Below are positions 47,893-55,770 of a DNA stretch of 64,000 bases, piece after piece (positions within the stretch are counted from its first letter, which is position 1; every line of letters starts with the position of its first letter). The position numbers and the translations under genes were made by a program. The DNA comes from Eubacteriales bacterium (GTDB lineage: Bacteria; Bacillota; Clostridia; Oscillospirales; UBA644), in assembly GCA_045652445.1 (NCBI GenBank), contig JAZRUJ010000028.1:3478-67477 (forward strand), read 5' to 3'. A model generated the notes under the pieces. That model did no database searches and was not told the origin of the DNA. It saw nothing but the letters and a program-made list of their open reading frames with translations.

Positions 47893-48894
47893 ATGGATAC
47901 GAACAGACGTCCCGACACTATGCTCCGCATTACGACCAAAGAATTGGCAGATGCCTTTATTGCAGAACAGGTCAAGGAAATTCAAGCCCAAGTCGGCGAT
48001 AAAAAAGTACTTTTGGCCCTCTCCGGCGGGGTCGACTCTTCCGTCGTTGCAGCTCTTTTGATTAAAGCAATTGGAAAACAGTTAGTTTGCGTTCACGTAA
48101 ATCATGGTTTGATGCGTAAAAACGAGTCTGAAAACGTTATTAAACTGTTCCAGGACGGTTTGGATGCAAACTTGGTCTACGTCGATGCTACCGATCGGTT
48201 TTTAAACCTGTTGGCAAACGTTGCCGATCCCGAACAAAAACGGAAAATCATCGGGAAAGAATTTATTGAAGTTTTCGCAGACGAAGCCCGCAAATTGGAA
48301 GGCATTTCCTATCTTGCACAAGGCACCATTTACCCCGATATTTTGGAATCTATCAAACAAGCAGAAGGCAAAAAAGCCGTTAAATCCCATCACAACGTAG
48401 GCGGACTTCCCGAAGATCTGCAATTTGAATTGGTAGAACCCCTCAAATTGCTCTTTAAAGACGAAGTTCGTGTTGTTGGCGAAGCTCTCGGTCTGCCCCA
48501 TGCCATGGTATACCGTCAACCCTTCCCCGGTCCCGGTTTGGGTGTCCGTTGCTTGGGTGCCATCACCCGGGACAGACTCCACGCTCTGCGGGAAGCTGAC
48601 GCGATTTTAAGAGAAGAATTTGACAACTGCGGTCTTGCAGAAAAGGTTTGGCAGTATTTTGTTGTCGTTCCTGATATTAAGAGTGTAGGTGTCCGTGACG
48701 AAAGCCGTTACGAAGGTTGGCCCGCCATCATTCGTGCCGTCAACACCACCGATGCAATGTCCGCAACCATCGAAGAAATCCCCTACGAAGTTCTTCACAA
48801 AATCACCAATCGCATCACCCACGAAGTCGAAGGTATCAACCGCGTACTTATGGACCTCACTCCGAAGCCCGTCGGCACCATCGAGTGGGAATAA
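47893..48894 (+). CDS. GMP synthase ATP-pyrophosphatase plus dimerization domains only (no glutamine amidotransferase domain)
   Basis: PP-loop ALSGGVDSSV, KSHHNVGGLPE, RQPFPGPGLGVRCLG, and the canonical C-terminus PKPVGTIEWE. The protein is only 333 aa and begins at the GATase/ATP-PPase linker. The RBS AGGAAGGA precedes the ATG. Confidence 0.8.
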   Translation: MDTNRRPDTMLRITTKELADAFIAEQVKEIQAQVGDKKVLLALSGGVDSSVVAALLIKAIGKQLVCVHVNHGLMRKNESENVIKLFQDGLDANLVYVDATDRFLNLLANVADPEQKRKIIGKEFIEVFADEARKLEGISYLAQGTIYPDILESIKQAEGKKAVKSHHNVGGLPEDLQFELVEPLKLLFKDEVRVVGEALGLPHAMVYRQPFPGPGLGVRCLGAITRDRLHALREADAILREEFDNCGLAEKVWQYFVVVPDIKSVGVRDESRYEGWPAIIRAVNTTDAMSATIEEIPYEVLHKITNRITHEVEGINRVLMDLTPKPVGTIEWE

Positions 48895-48941
48895 GTTGGA
48901 TGTCTTAGCAAATCTTTTTTATCCTATTTAGGGTAAAATTC

Positions 48942-49121
48942 TTTATCCTTTGAATTAAAAAACATAAAGACCTTGTTCGAATGAACAAGGTCTTTTTTTC
49001 TATAAAACATTCTCGCAAAGAAATCCCTTTGAGTAGAAAAAGGAAGGACAAATCCTTCGTCTTTTTCCTCATCTTCTTTCTCACAAAAGAAGATAACATT
49101 TCTTTGATTTGTAACAATAAA
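48942..49121 (+). repeat. Left copy of an imperfect direct repeat (intergenic module: terminator plus GA/CT-rich box plus promoter-like region)
   Basis: Blocks shared with 55575-55729. TTTATCCTTTGAAT matches 14/15. AAAGACCTTGTTC-loop-GAACAAGGTCTTTTTT matches 31/34, with the stem identical and the loop different. CTCGCAAAG is shared. CCCTTTG..TAGAAAAAGGAAGGA matches 22/24. AACATT...TTGA..T..ACAATAAA is also shared. Confidence 0.7.
48969..48999 (+). terminator. Intrinsic terminator after the GMPS-like gene
   Basis: Stem GACCTTGTTC / GAACAAGGTC, loop GAAT, then T7. Confidence 0.85.
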
Positions 49122-49251
49122 TGCTTTGTATGTTGATATTTCCTTGGCATACAATCGCCCCCTTGATATGGTATATTCATTCTACCACATCAAGGGGGTT
49201 TTTGTCTATTGTCCGTTTTTAACGGATTTGTTCATTTGCGGGATGTTTATT

Positions 49252-50082
49252 TTAACTGTTCTTTCGAAATTGTAGGGGCGTCACGCCCATCTGCTTTTTA
49301 AAGGCACGGATGAAATAGTTATAATCGGGGAATCCCAGCTCGGCGGCAATCACCGTAATGGGTACATTGGTCTCCCGCAATGCCTCAAGAGACATTTGGA
49401 TTCGTTTATTCAAAATATACTTTCCGATGGTCGTGCCAAACTCTTCCTCGAACAGACGGTAAAGGGCATTCTTGGAAAGAAAGAATTTTCGACAAATCTC
49501 CTCCACGTACAACTTTTCCTTGATGTGTTCGAGAATATACTGCTCGATCTTGATGGAAAGCATACTGCGATGATGGCGAATCAGACTGTCGTCCCAAAAA
49601 TTCTTAATGAGGATCAAGAGAATTTTTTGAAGGGCGTTGAATTTCTCGGTGGACACCACGGGAATTTCCTCGTAAAGCTTGAGCATGGGCTCACGGTCAA
49701 GCTCGTAAATCTCAAGCGCCTTTCCCACCTTTTTTACCGACGAATAGGTCTCCCCTTCATCGCGAAACTGACCGATCTGCATAAAGGCGATCAACGTGTC
49801 CTCGTAGATTACAGGCATGACGGTTTCCATCAAACCTGCATGGCAAGTATAAGAGATCGTCGTTCTGCTTTTTGCCGCCTCCTTCATGTGCGCAAGATTG
49901 GAACGATTGCAATTCTTTTTACGCTCGCCATCCTCTCGGATTCTCATGCAATAATTCGAGTACGTAGGGGAGGTTGCCACTATATTCATCTCGGAATCGT
50001 AAAAGGTTACGGCGATTCCCGTGGCAATATAAAAGTCAAATAAAAGCCGCTTGATTTTTTCAATATTAAAAATGTAATTCAT
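49252..50082 (-). CDS. AraC-family transcriptional regulator with PocR-type sensory domain
   Basis: The N-terminal PocR-like region (FYIATGIAVTFYDSEMNIVA...YTCHAGLMETVMPV) is followed by a C-terminal AraC HTH pair. I set the start at MNYIFN (50082), 7 nt downstream of a consensus -10. Confidence 0.8.
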   Translation of the reverse strand: MNYIFNIEKIKRLLFDFYIATGIAVTFYDSEMNIVATSPTYSNYCMRIREDGERKKNCNRSNLAHMKEAAKSRTTISYTCHAGLMETVMPVIYEDTLIAFMQIGQFRDEGETYSSVKKVGKALEIYELDREPMLKLYEEIPVVSTEKFNALQKILLILIKNFWDDSLIRHHRSMLSIKIEQYILEHIKEKLYVEEICRKFFLSKNALYRLFEEEFGTTIGKYILNKRIQMSLEALRETNVPITVIAAELGFPDYNYFIRAFKKQMGVTPLQFRKNS

Positions 50083-50088
50083 ATTTTT

Positions 50089-50117
50089 ATTATAACACAA
50101 GCTCAAAAAAATGTCAA
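50089..50117 (-). promoter_or_regulatory. Consensus sigma-A promoter positioned to yield a leaderless araC/pocR mRNA
   Basis: On the minus strand: TTGACA, 17-nt spacer, TATAAT, AAAAAT, then ATG. No SD sequence is present. Confidence 0.55.
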
Positions 50118-50226
50118 TAGTTTTCTATTCGGGAAAATAATGCTACTTTTCAAAACAAAATAGGCTATCAATTTTTTTCTCATTTTGTTATGATATATTT
50201 AGTAAACAAAGATAGGAAGATTGATC

Positions 50227-50889
50227 ATGGAAATTCAAACGATTCTTCGCGCCGTTGCGAAAGCATACCGAGATTTTGCCCATGCCTTTTCTCCGGAAAA
50301 AAATACTGATGCTCTTTTTTTCGCCTTTGAGCATTCCCTTCTTGAAAGCCTTGGCGAATGCGAAATCGTATATGACTACATCTGGGGTCGGGATACTTTA
50401 AATGTGGACGGTGTAACCAAAAGTTATCTTCCGCGAACAGGCGACACGCTGATTATGGATATTAGCGTCGGCATTGACGATGTCTTTTGCGACGTATGCC
50501 GAACTTATTTTGTAGGAGAACCCTCCGAGAAGCAAAAACAAGCTTACCAAACGGTGTTGGATTCCCTTCGGGCAGGTCATCATGCCTTGCGTGCCGGTGC
50601 GAAAGCTTCCGAAATCTACCACGCGGTCAATTCCGTTTATCAAAAAGAGGGCAAGGAGTTGATCCATCACGCGGGACACAGAATTGGGGAAAAACCATTA
50701 CTGCAACCTCAATTTTTACCCGAAAACGATACCCCGCTCGCGGAAGGAAGCATCTACACGGTGGAATCGGGACTTTACGAGGACTTTGGCATTCGCCTTG
50801 AAAACGATTTTTTGATCGAAAAAACGGGAGCGGTTGATCTTTTCGAAGATCTTCTTCCCTTGGATATGAAGGAGTATATACTGAGATGA
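50227..50889 (+). CDS. M24-family (pita-bread fold) metallopeptidase/creatinase-like protein, catalytic domain only
   Basis: The metal-ligand pattern runs D(MDISV) D(CDVCRT) H(HAGHRIG) E(TVESG) E(RLEND). The RBS AGGAAG precedes the ATG at 50227. Confidence 0.65.
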   Translation: MEIQTILRAVAKAYRDFAHAFSPEKNTDALFFAFEHSLLESLGECEIVYDYIWGRDTLNVDGVTKSYLPRTGDTLIMDISVGIDDVFCDVCRTYFVGEPSEKQKQAYQTVLDSLRAGHHALRAGAKASEIYHAVNSVYQKEGKELIHHAGHRIGEKPLLQPQFLPENDTPLAEGSIYTVESGLYEDFGIRLENDFLIEKTGAVDLFEDLLPLDMKEYILR

Positions 50890-51707
50890 GTAAATTATTA
50901 ACAGGTCCTTTTGCCGTTTTGATGACCCCCTTTGTTGGAACAAAGATCGACGAGGAAGCCTTTGTAGCACAGATCAAGCTGGCAAACGAAAGCGACATTT
51001 CCGGATTTGTAACCAACGGAAGCACGGCAGAGTACATTCAGCTTTCTCTTGAAGAGCAGATGCGAGTATCCGAGCTGACCGCCAAGGAAAAAGCAAAGAA
51101 CAAAAAACTGATTGTCAGTGCATGCACAGGTAATCTTGCCGATACGGTTAAGCTTTGCCGTCACGCGGGAAGCATTGGTGCCGATGCGGTGCTGGTTTGT
51201 CCTCCCTACTATTTCAAGTATCCTACAAAGGAGCGGGAGGAGTATTTCAAGCGCGTGGCAGATCTCTCTCCCGTTCCTGTGGTCCTCTACAGCGTTCCAT
51301 TCTTCACGCAGGAGATTGAGCTGGACGTGGTATTCCGTCTTTTTGAGCATAAAAACATTGTGGGAATCAAAGACAGCAGTGCCAACATGAAACGTCTGTT
51401 GCACATGGCAGAGTATACCGACGGCAAGGACATTTCGATTATGACGGGTACGGACGATATTCTGATCTCCGCACTTGTAGGCGGTTGTGCAGGAAGCCTA
51501 ACGGCATTTGCCGCCATATATCCCCACCAGATCGCGGCACTTTACGCGGCGGTTGCCAAAGGAGATCTGAAAACGGCAAAGGAGATCCAATACTCGATGA
51601 TGCCCAAGCTTCGCGAGGCGGATTCCCAAACCTTCCCCAGAGGCTACAAAAAATTAATGGCAGAAGCCGTAGGCTTCGCCTTCGGTGACAAGGAGGTATC
51701 CGAGTGA
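50886..51707 (+). CDS. DapA/NAL-family class I aldolase (dihydrodipicolinate synthase family)
   Basis: GSTAEY motif and the Schiff-base lysine context (IVGIKDSS). Its ATG overlaps the upstream stop (ATGA). Confidence 0.8.
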   Translation: MSKLLTGPFAVLMTPFVGTKIDEEAFVAQIKLANESDISGFVTNGSTAEYIQLSLEEQMRVSELTAKEKAKNKKLIVSACTGNLADTVKLCRHAGSIGADAVLVCPPYYFKYPTKEREEYFKRVADLSPVPVVLYSVPFFTQEIELDVVFRLFEHKNIVGIKDSSANMKRLLHMAEYTDGKDISIMTGTDDILISALVGGCAGSLTAFAAIYPHQIAALYAAVAKGDLKTAKEIQYSMMPKLREADSQTFPRGYKKLMAEAVGFAFGDKEVSE

Positions 51708-52732
51708 AAGCAGCAGTATGGCTTGGTGATAATCAGGTAGAGGTACGAGAGGTGCCGATTCCCGAGATCGGCGAGGAAGAAGCGCTTCTCAAGGTACGTG
51801 CGGCAGGTGTTTGCTCCACTGACTTTCATATTATCTCGGGTAAATTAAAGATTGGAAAATCCCCCAACGTGCAGGGTCATGAGATCTGCGGTGAGGTGGT
51901 AAAGATCAATTCGAGAAGGACCGATATTCCCGTCGGTCAGCGTTGTGTGGTTTCCACCTCCATCGGTTGCGGCTACTGCGATGCCTGCCGTGAGGGAAAA
52001 CAGTACATCTGTAACGATAGCAGAGAGATCGGTTATTACCCACACAACGGCGGCTATGCCGAATACGTAAAGGTTCCCGTATCTGCCATCGTACCCATCT
52101 CGGACGCAGTCAGCGACAAGGCGGGCGCAATTCTTGAAAGCACGGTTTGTCCCACCGAATCCCTCATGCGAATCGGCGTTCCCTTTGGCGGAAGTGTTTT
52201 GGTTGCGGGAACGGGCCCTGCTGGTATTTCCTTTATTATTGTGGCTAAGCTAATGGGCGCGGACAAGGTGATCGTTCTGGTACGCGATGAGGAATCTACG
52301 AAGCGTGCCTTCGAATTCGGTGCGACGCATGTGGTAAATCTTAAGACCTCTCCCTCCCCTGTGGCAGAGGTTGAAGAGATCACAGGCGGCAAGAAAGCAG
52401 ATATTGTAATCGAGGCAACGGGTGCGAAGAGTGTGATTGAATCCATACCCGACTATGTAAAGAAGGGCGGGAACATCATTCTTTACGGAATCCCCTCGGC
52501 TGAAGAGCAGATCGTCTTCCCTGTTACCAAGATGATCGTTGAGGAGATCTCGGTACACGGTGCGGTAGGAAATACCAAGGCATGGTATCCGCTGGTTAAG
52601 ATGATCGAATGCGGCAAATTGGATCTGGATCGTCTTGTTACCCACGAGTTTTCGCTGGACGAGATCAATGATGCGTTTGATCTTTTCCGCAACAAGGATA
52701 AGACCCTGATTAAGGCAGTTATTAAGTTTTAA
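51704..52732 (+). CDS. Zinc-dependent medium-chain alcohol/polyol dehydrogenase
   Basis: GVCSTDFH, GHEICGEV, structural-zinc cysteines (CGYCDACREGKQYIC), and the Rossmann motif GTGPAG. The GTG start overlaps the upstream stop. Confidence 0.85.
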   Translation: MKAAVWLGDNQVEVREVPIPEIGEEEALLKVRAAGVCSTDFHIISGKLKIGKSPNVQGHEICGEVVKINSRRTDIPVGQRCVVSTSIGCGYCDACREGKQYICNDSREIGYYPHNGGYAEYVKVPVSAIVPISDAVSDKAGAILESTVCPTESLMRIGVPFGGSVLVAGTGPAGISFIIVAKLMGADKVIVLVRDEESTKRAFEFGATHVVNLKTSPSPVAEVEEITGGKKADIVIEATGAKSVIESIPDYVKKGGNIILYGIPSAEEQIVFPVTKMIVEEISVHGAVGNTKAWYPLVKMIECGKLDLDRLVTHEFSLDEINDAFDLFRNKDKTLIKAVIKF

Positions 52733-52759
52733 AATATAATTTTCAAAAGGAGAACGATT

Positions 52760-53878
52760 ATGAAAATCACAGACGTTGAGGTTGTTGTTGTCCGTCAGGA
52801 CGAGGTAAAAATGATCGGTGACGGAAGTCAGGATACTGCGGTTATTCTGGTTCACACCGACGAGGGTATTACGGGTATCGGTGAGGTTGACAGCTCTCCC
52901 GAGGTCGTGAAGGCGATCGTTGAGACCCCGGCTTCCCACGACCAGTGCAGAGGCCTCAAGGAGATCCTCATCGGCGAAGACCCCACCAACGTAGAATACC
53001 TCTGGCACAAAATGTACCACTACAGCTACTACTACACTCGCCGTTCTGTCGGTATCCACGCAATGAGCGGTATCGACATCGCCCTTTGGGATATCACGGG
53101 TAAGAAGTATGGTCTGCCCGTTTCCAAGCTGATCGGCGGTCGTTTCAGAGAAAAGATTCCTGCTTACTGCTCGGTTTTGATGCCCGGCACCAAGGAAGAA
53201 ATCGACGAGCTTGTAGCACACCATAAGGCAGACTGTAACTACCACGGTTATAAGTTCGGTTGGGGCGCTCTGGGCGAGAGCGAAGAAAAGGATATCAAGC
53301 TGGTTGAATATTGCCGCGAGGCAGTTGGAGACAACCGTCTAATGATCGACATCGGTATGAGATGGACCGATTATAAGTACGCACTCCGCGTTTCCAAAGA
53401 GTACGAAAAGCAGAAGGTCTACTGGTTGGAAGAGCCCTTCGCTCCCGACAGAACCCCTGATTTCGGCCGTCTTGCCGACAACATCAACATTTCTCTCGCA
53501 TCGGGCGAGGAATTTGGTACGATGTACGAGTTCCAGGATATGCTGGATAACGGCAGAGTGGACATCGTTCAGCCCGACATGAGCCGTTGCGGCGGTATCA
53601 CCATGGCGAAGAAGATCGCCGACATGGCTTACCTGCGTGGTAAGAAACTGATCCCTCACGCATTCAAGACGGGTATTTTGATTGGTGCGACGCTGCAGCT
53701 GATTGCGGCAATTCCCAACGCCGACATTCTTGAGTACTGTGCTCAGGAAACCGTTCTTTCGAAAAACCTCGTAAAACATCACTTCCAGCTCGATAAGGAT
53801 GGTTATGTAACCATTCCCGACCTCCCCGGTATCGGTGTTGAGCTGAACATGGATATTCTGAACAAGTATAGGAGATAA
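52760..53878 (+). CDS. Enolase-superfamily enzyme (mandelate racemase/muconate lactonizing family; probable sugar-acid dehydratase)
   Basis: N-terminal capping domain (MKITDVEVVVV...) and barrel metal ligands in the contexts MIDIG, WLEEP and SGEE. The length is 372 aa. Confidence 0.85.
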   Translation: MKITDVEVVVVRQDEVKMIGDGSQDTAVILVHTDEGITGIGEVDSSPEVVKAIVETPASHDQCRGLKEILIGEDPTNVEYLWHKMYHYSYYYTRRSVGIHAMSGIDIALWDITGKKYGLPVSKLIGGRFREKIPAYCSVLMPGTKEEIDELVAHHKADCNYHGYKFGWGALGESEEKDIKLVEYCREAVGDNRLMIDIGMRWTDYKYALRVSKEYEKQKVYWLEEPFAPDRTPDFGRLADNINISLASGEEFGTMYEFQDMLDNGRVDIVQPDMSRCGGITMAKKIADMAYLRGKKLIPHAFKTGILIGATLQLIAAIPNADILEYCAQETVLSKNLVKHHFQLDKDGYVTIPDLPGIGVELNMDILNKYRR

Positions 53879-53881
53879 GTT

Positions 53882-54598
53882 ATGAACCTTTTAGCTGTAG
53901 GATGTCATCCCGACGATCTGGAGATCAATGCGGGCGGTACACTTGCAAAATGCGCTAAGCGCGGCGACAAGGTAACCATGTGTGTTCTTGGAAACGGAAG
54001 TGCAGGTCATAAGGTTTACTCCAAGGAGGAAATCGCGGCAATCCGTTTGCAGGAAGCAACGAACTCCGCTGCCATCATCGGTGCGGAATACATCAACCTT
54101 GGTGTAGACGATATGTTCCTTCGTCAGAACTACGATCTGCTCGTCAAACGTCTCTCCGACGTAATTCGCAAAGTCCGTCCCGACTTCATCATCACACACG
54201 GGCCTGACGAGTATATGGTAGACCACAGCATCACCAATACCATCACCTTTGATGCCACCATGGCAGCTACCGTTGACCACTACCCTACCGATCATCCCGA
54301 ATATCCCGTTTTTGAAAAATTCACCCCAATTTTCCAAATGGAAAACACCATGCTGATCAACTCCTTCCCCGAGATTTTTGTGGATATTTCCGATACGGTT
54401 GATACGAAGGTTGAGATGTTCAAGCAGCACAAGAGCCAACACGATTGGCTTCAGGCACACGACGGTAAGGATGTGGTAGAGGACATGCTTGCCTGTGCCA
54501 GACTGAGAGGCGTTCAATGTAACACCCGTTACGTAGAGGGCTTTACGATTCTCAAGCAGTCTCACCATCTGCCCTTGAAGAGATACCTACCCGAATGA
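53882..54598 (+). CDS. PIG-L/LmbE-family N-acetyl-sugar deacetylase
   Basis: Signature AVGCHPDDLEINAGGTLAK and a later HxDH-type region (ITHGPDEYMVDHS). Confidence 0.8.
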   Translation: MNLLAVGCHPDDLEINAGGTLAKCAKRGDKVTMCVLGNGSAGHKVYSKEEIAAIRLQEATNSAAIIGAEYINLGVDDMFLRQNYDLLVKRLSDVIRKVRPDFIITHGPDEYMVDHSITNTITFDATMAATVDHYPTDHPEYPVFEKFTPIFQMENTMLINSFPEIFVDISDTVDTKVEMFKQHKSQHDWLQAHDGKDVVEDMLACARLRGVQCNTRYVEGFTILKQSHHLPLKRYLPE

Positions 54599-55512
54599 TC
54601 GTAAAAGAGTCAAAATTCAAGAACGTCCTTGCCTTTGAGCTGATCACAAAAAGCAACACGGCAAAGGTCGTTCCCTTGGAGGGCGGAAAGATCGCGTCCT
54701 TCAAGGATCGAAAAAGCGGAAAGGAATATCTCCTGCAAAATCCGTCCGAGAAGTTTTTACATACGGGATTTGACGACGACTTTGTAGATGGTGAGTGTTG
54801 CGGCTTTGACGACATGTTTCCCACCATCGACCCTGTTTCGGTGACCTATCCCGATGGAACAATCATGGAGTATCCCGATCATGGTGAGGTCGCCCGTGTT
54901 TCCTTTTCCTATGAGGCTACCGAAGATTCCCTCACCCTTCACTTCTCATCCGCACGGTTTGGTTATGAGTATACCAAGACCTTTCGGGAGAGTGCGGAGG
55001 GTGGCTTACAGGTGGATTATCGAATTGAAAACCGCTCGGATTACGATCTGGACGTTTTATGGGCAGCCCATTGTCTCGTAAATGCCGAGCAAGGCGGACA
55101 AGTTCTCGTTCCCTTCGGTGAGGGAGAGGACGTGGATATCATGTTCGACACAGTGTCCCGCTTTACACCCGGTGCGAGGATTCCCTTCCGCGAGGAATAT
55201 TTTTTGACCACGTGGACGGTAGGTGCTCCCGAATGCAGAAAATTTTATTTTCCAAGAAAAGCTCCCGAGGGTTATCTGGGGTACCGCTATCCCTCAGGGG
55301 ACGTGTTGATGATGGAATTTGATCCTGATCGGATTTCCTGCATCGGAGTATGGGAAAACTTTGCCCGCTTCAACGGTGCCTACTGTATTGGCTTTGAGCC
55401 GAGCTCTGTAGGTTACGATACGGTTAAGAACGCCGAAAAATACGGGCAAAAGAGACCTATTAAAAAGGGTGAGAGTCTGGAATTTTTCATTCGGCTTACC
55501 GTAAAAAAATAA
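54595..55512 (+). CDS. Aldose-1-epimerase-like (galactose mutarotase fold) protein
   Basis: 305 aa of beta-rich sequence with an N-terminal pattern of mutarotase-like proteins (ELITKSNTAKVVPLEGGKIASFKD...EYLLQNP). The start overlaps the upstream stop (ATGA). The assignment is tentative. Confidence 0.5.
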   Translation: MIVKESKFKNVLAFELITKSNTAKVVPLEGGKIASFKDRKSGKEYLLQNPSEKFLHTGFDDDFVDGECCGFDDMFPTIDPVSVTYPDGTIMEYPDHGEVARVSFSYEATEDSLTLHFSSARFGYEYTKTFRESAEGGLQVDYRIENRSDYDLDVLWAAHCLVNAEQGGQVLVPFGEGEDVDIMFDTVSRFTPGARIPFREEYFLTTWTVGAPECRKFYFPRKAPEGYLGYRYPSGDVLMMEFDPDRISCIGVWENFARFNGAYCIGFEPSSVGYDTVKNAEKYGQKRPIKKGESLEFFIRLTVKK

Positions 55513-55518
55513 AAAACG

Positions 55519-55567
55519 CCTCAGGCGGTGTGACTAAAAAACTCACACCCCTGAGGTGTACTTTTTT
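55519..55567 (+). terminator. Intrinsic terminator of the island operon
   Basis: Long stem CCTCAGGcGGTGTGA / TCACACCcCTGAGG followed by TGTACTTTTTT. Confidence 0.8.
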
Positions 55568-55574
55568 AAAAATT

Positions 55575-55729
55575 TTTATCCTTTGAATACAAAGACCTTG
55601 TTCATTTGAACAAGGTCTTTTTTCTTTCTTCATTTCTTCTTTTTCTCTTCCCTCGGCCTCGCAAAGCTCGGTCTCGGTCTCCCCTTTGCATAGAAAAAGG
55701 AAGGAAAAACATTGACATTTACAATAAAA
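55575..55729 (+). repeat. Right copy of the imperfect direct repeat, including a second redundant terminator hairpin at 55594-55623
   Basis: See the left copy. It contains GACCTTGTTC-ATTT-GAACAAGGTC plus T6, only about 27 nt after the island's own terminator. Confidence 0.7.
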
Positions 55730-55740
55730 CATGATATAAT
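55712..55740 (+). promoter_or_regulatory. Consensus sigma-A promoter of the LysR gene
   Basis: TTGACA, 17-nt spacer, TATAAT. A degenerate homolog of this sequence occurs in the left repeat copy at about 49103-49135. Confidence 0.7.
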
Positions 55741-55770
55741 GGACTGGATTACAAAAAGGCGGTGAGAGTT

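Larger units (their letters stand above)
49140..55570. other. Candidate inserted catabolic island between the two repeat copies
   Basis: The region is bounded by the direct repeats. It carries its own regulator (PocR/AraC) and a tightly coupled seven-gene operon with its own terminator at 55519-55567. No recombinase gene is present. Confidence 0.4.

Noticed and set aside
46494-47975. 493-aa minus-strand ORF opposite the CofE-like gene
   Set aside because: It is an antisense shadow that runs through the plus-strand promoter and into the next gene. It has no motifs or RBS.
48905-49180. Small ORFs within the repeat copies: minus-strand 91 aa (48905-49180) and 78 aa (55496-55732), and plus-strand 51 aa from the ATG at 48981 (48981-49136)
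   Set aside because: Their apparent peptide similarity (SFLFLLKG/SFLFLCKG, MNKVFF/LNKVFF) only reflects the DNA repeat. Indels between the copies do not preserve any frame. The plus-strand ATG sits in the terminator hairpin, and no SD is present.
52250-53245. Long minus-strand ORFs inside the island (52250-53245, 53891-54568), and others at 58006-58944 and 34063-34890
   Set aside because: All are antisense to genes with clear catalytic motifs. None has an SD or recognisable domains.
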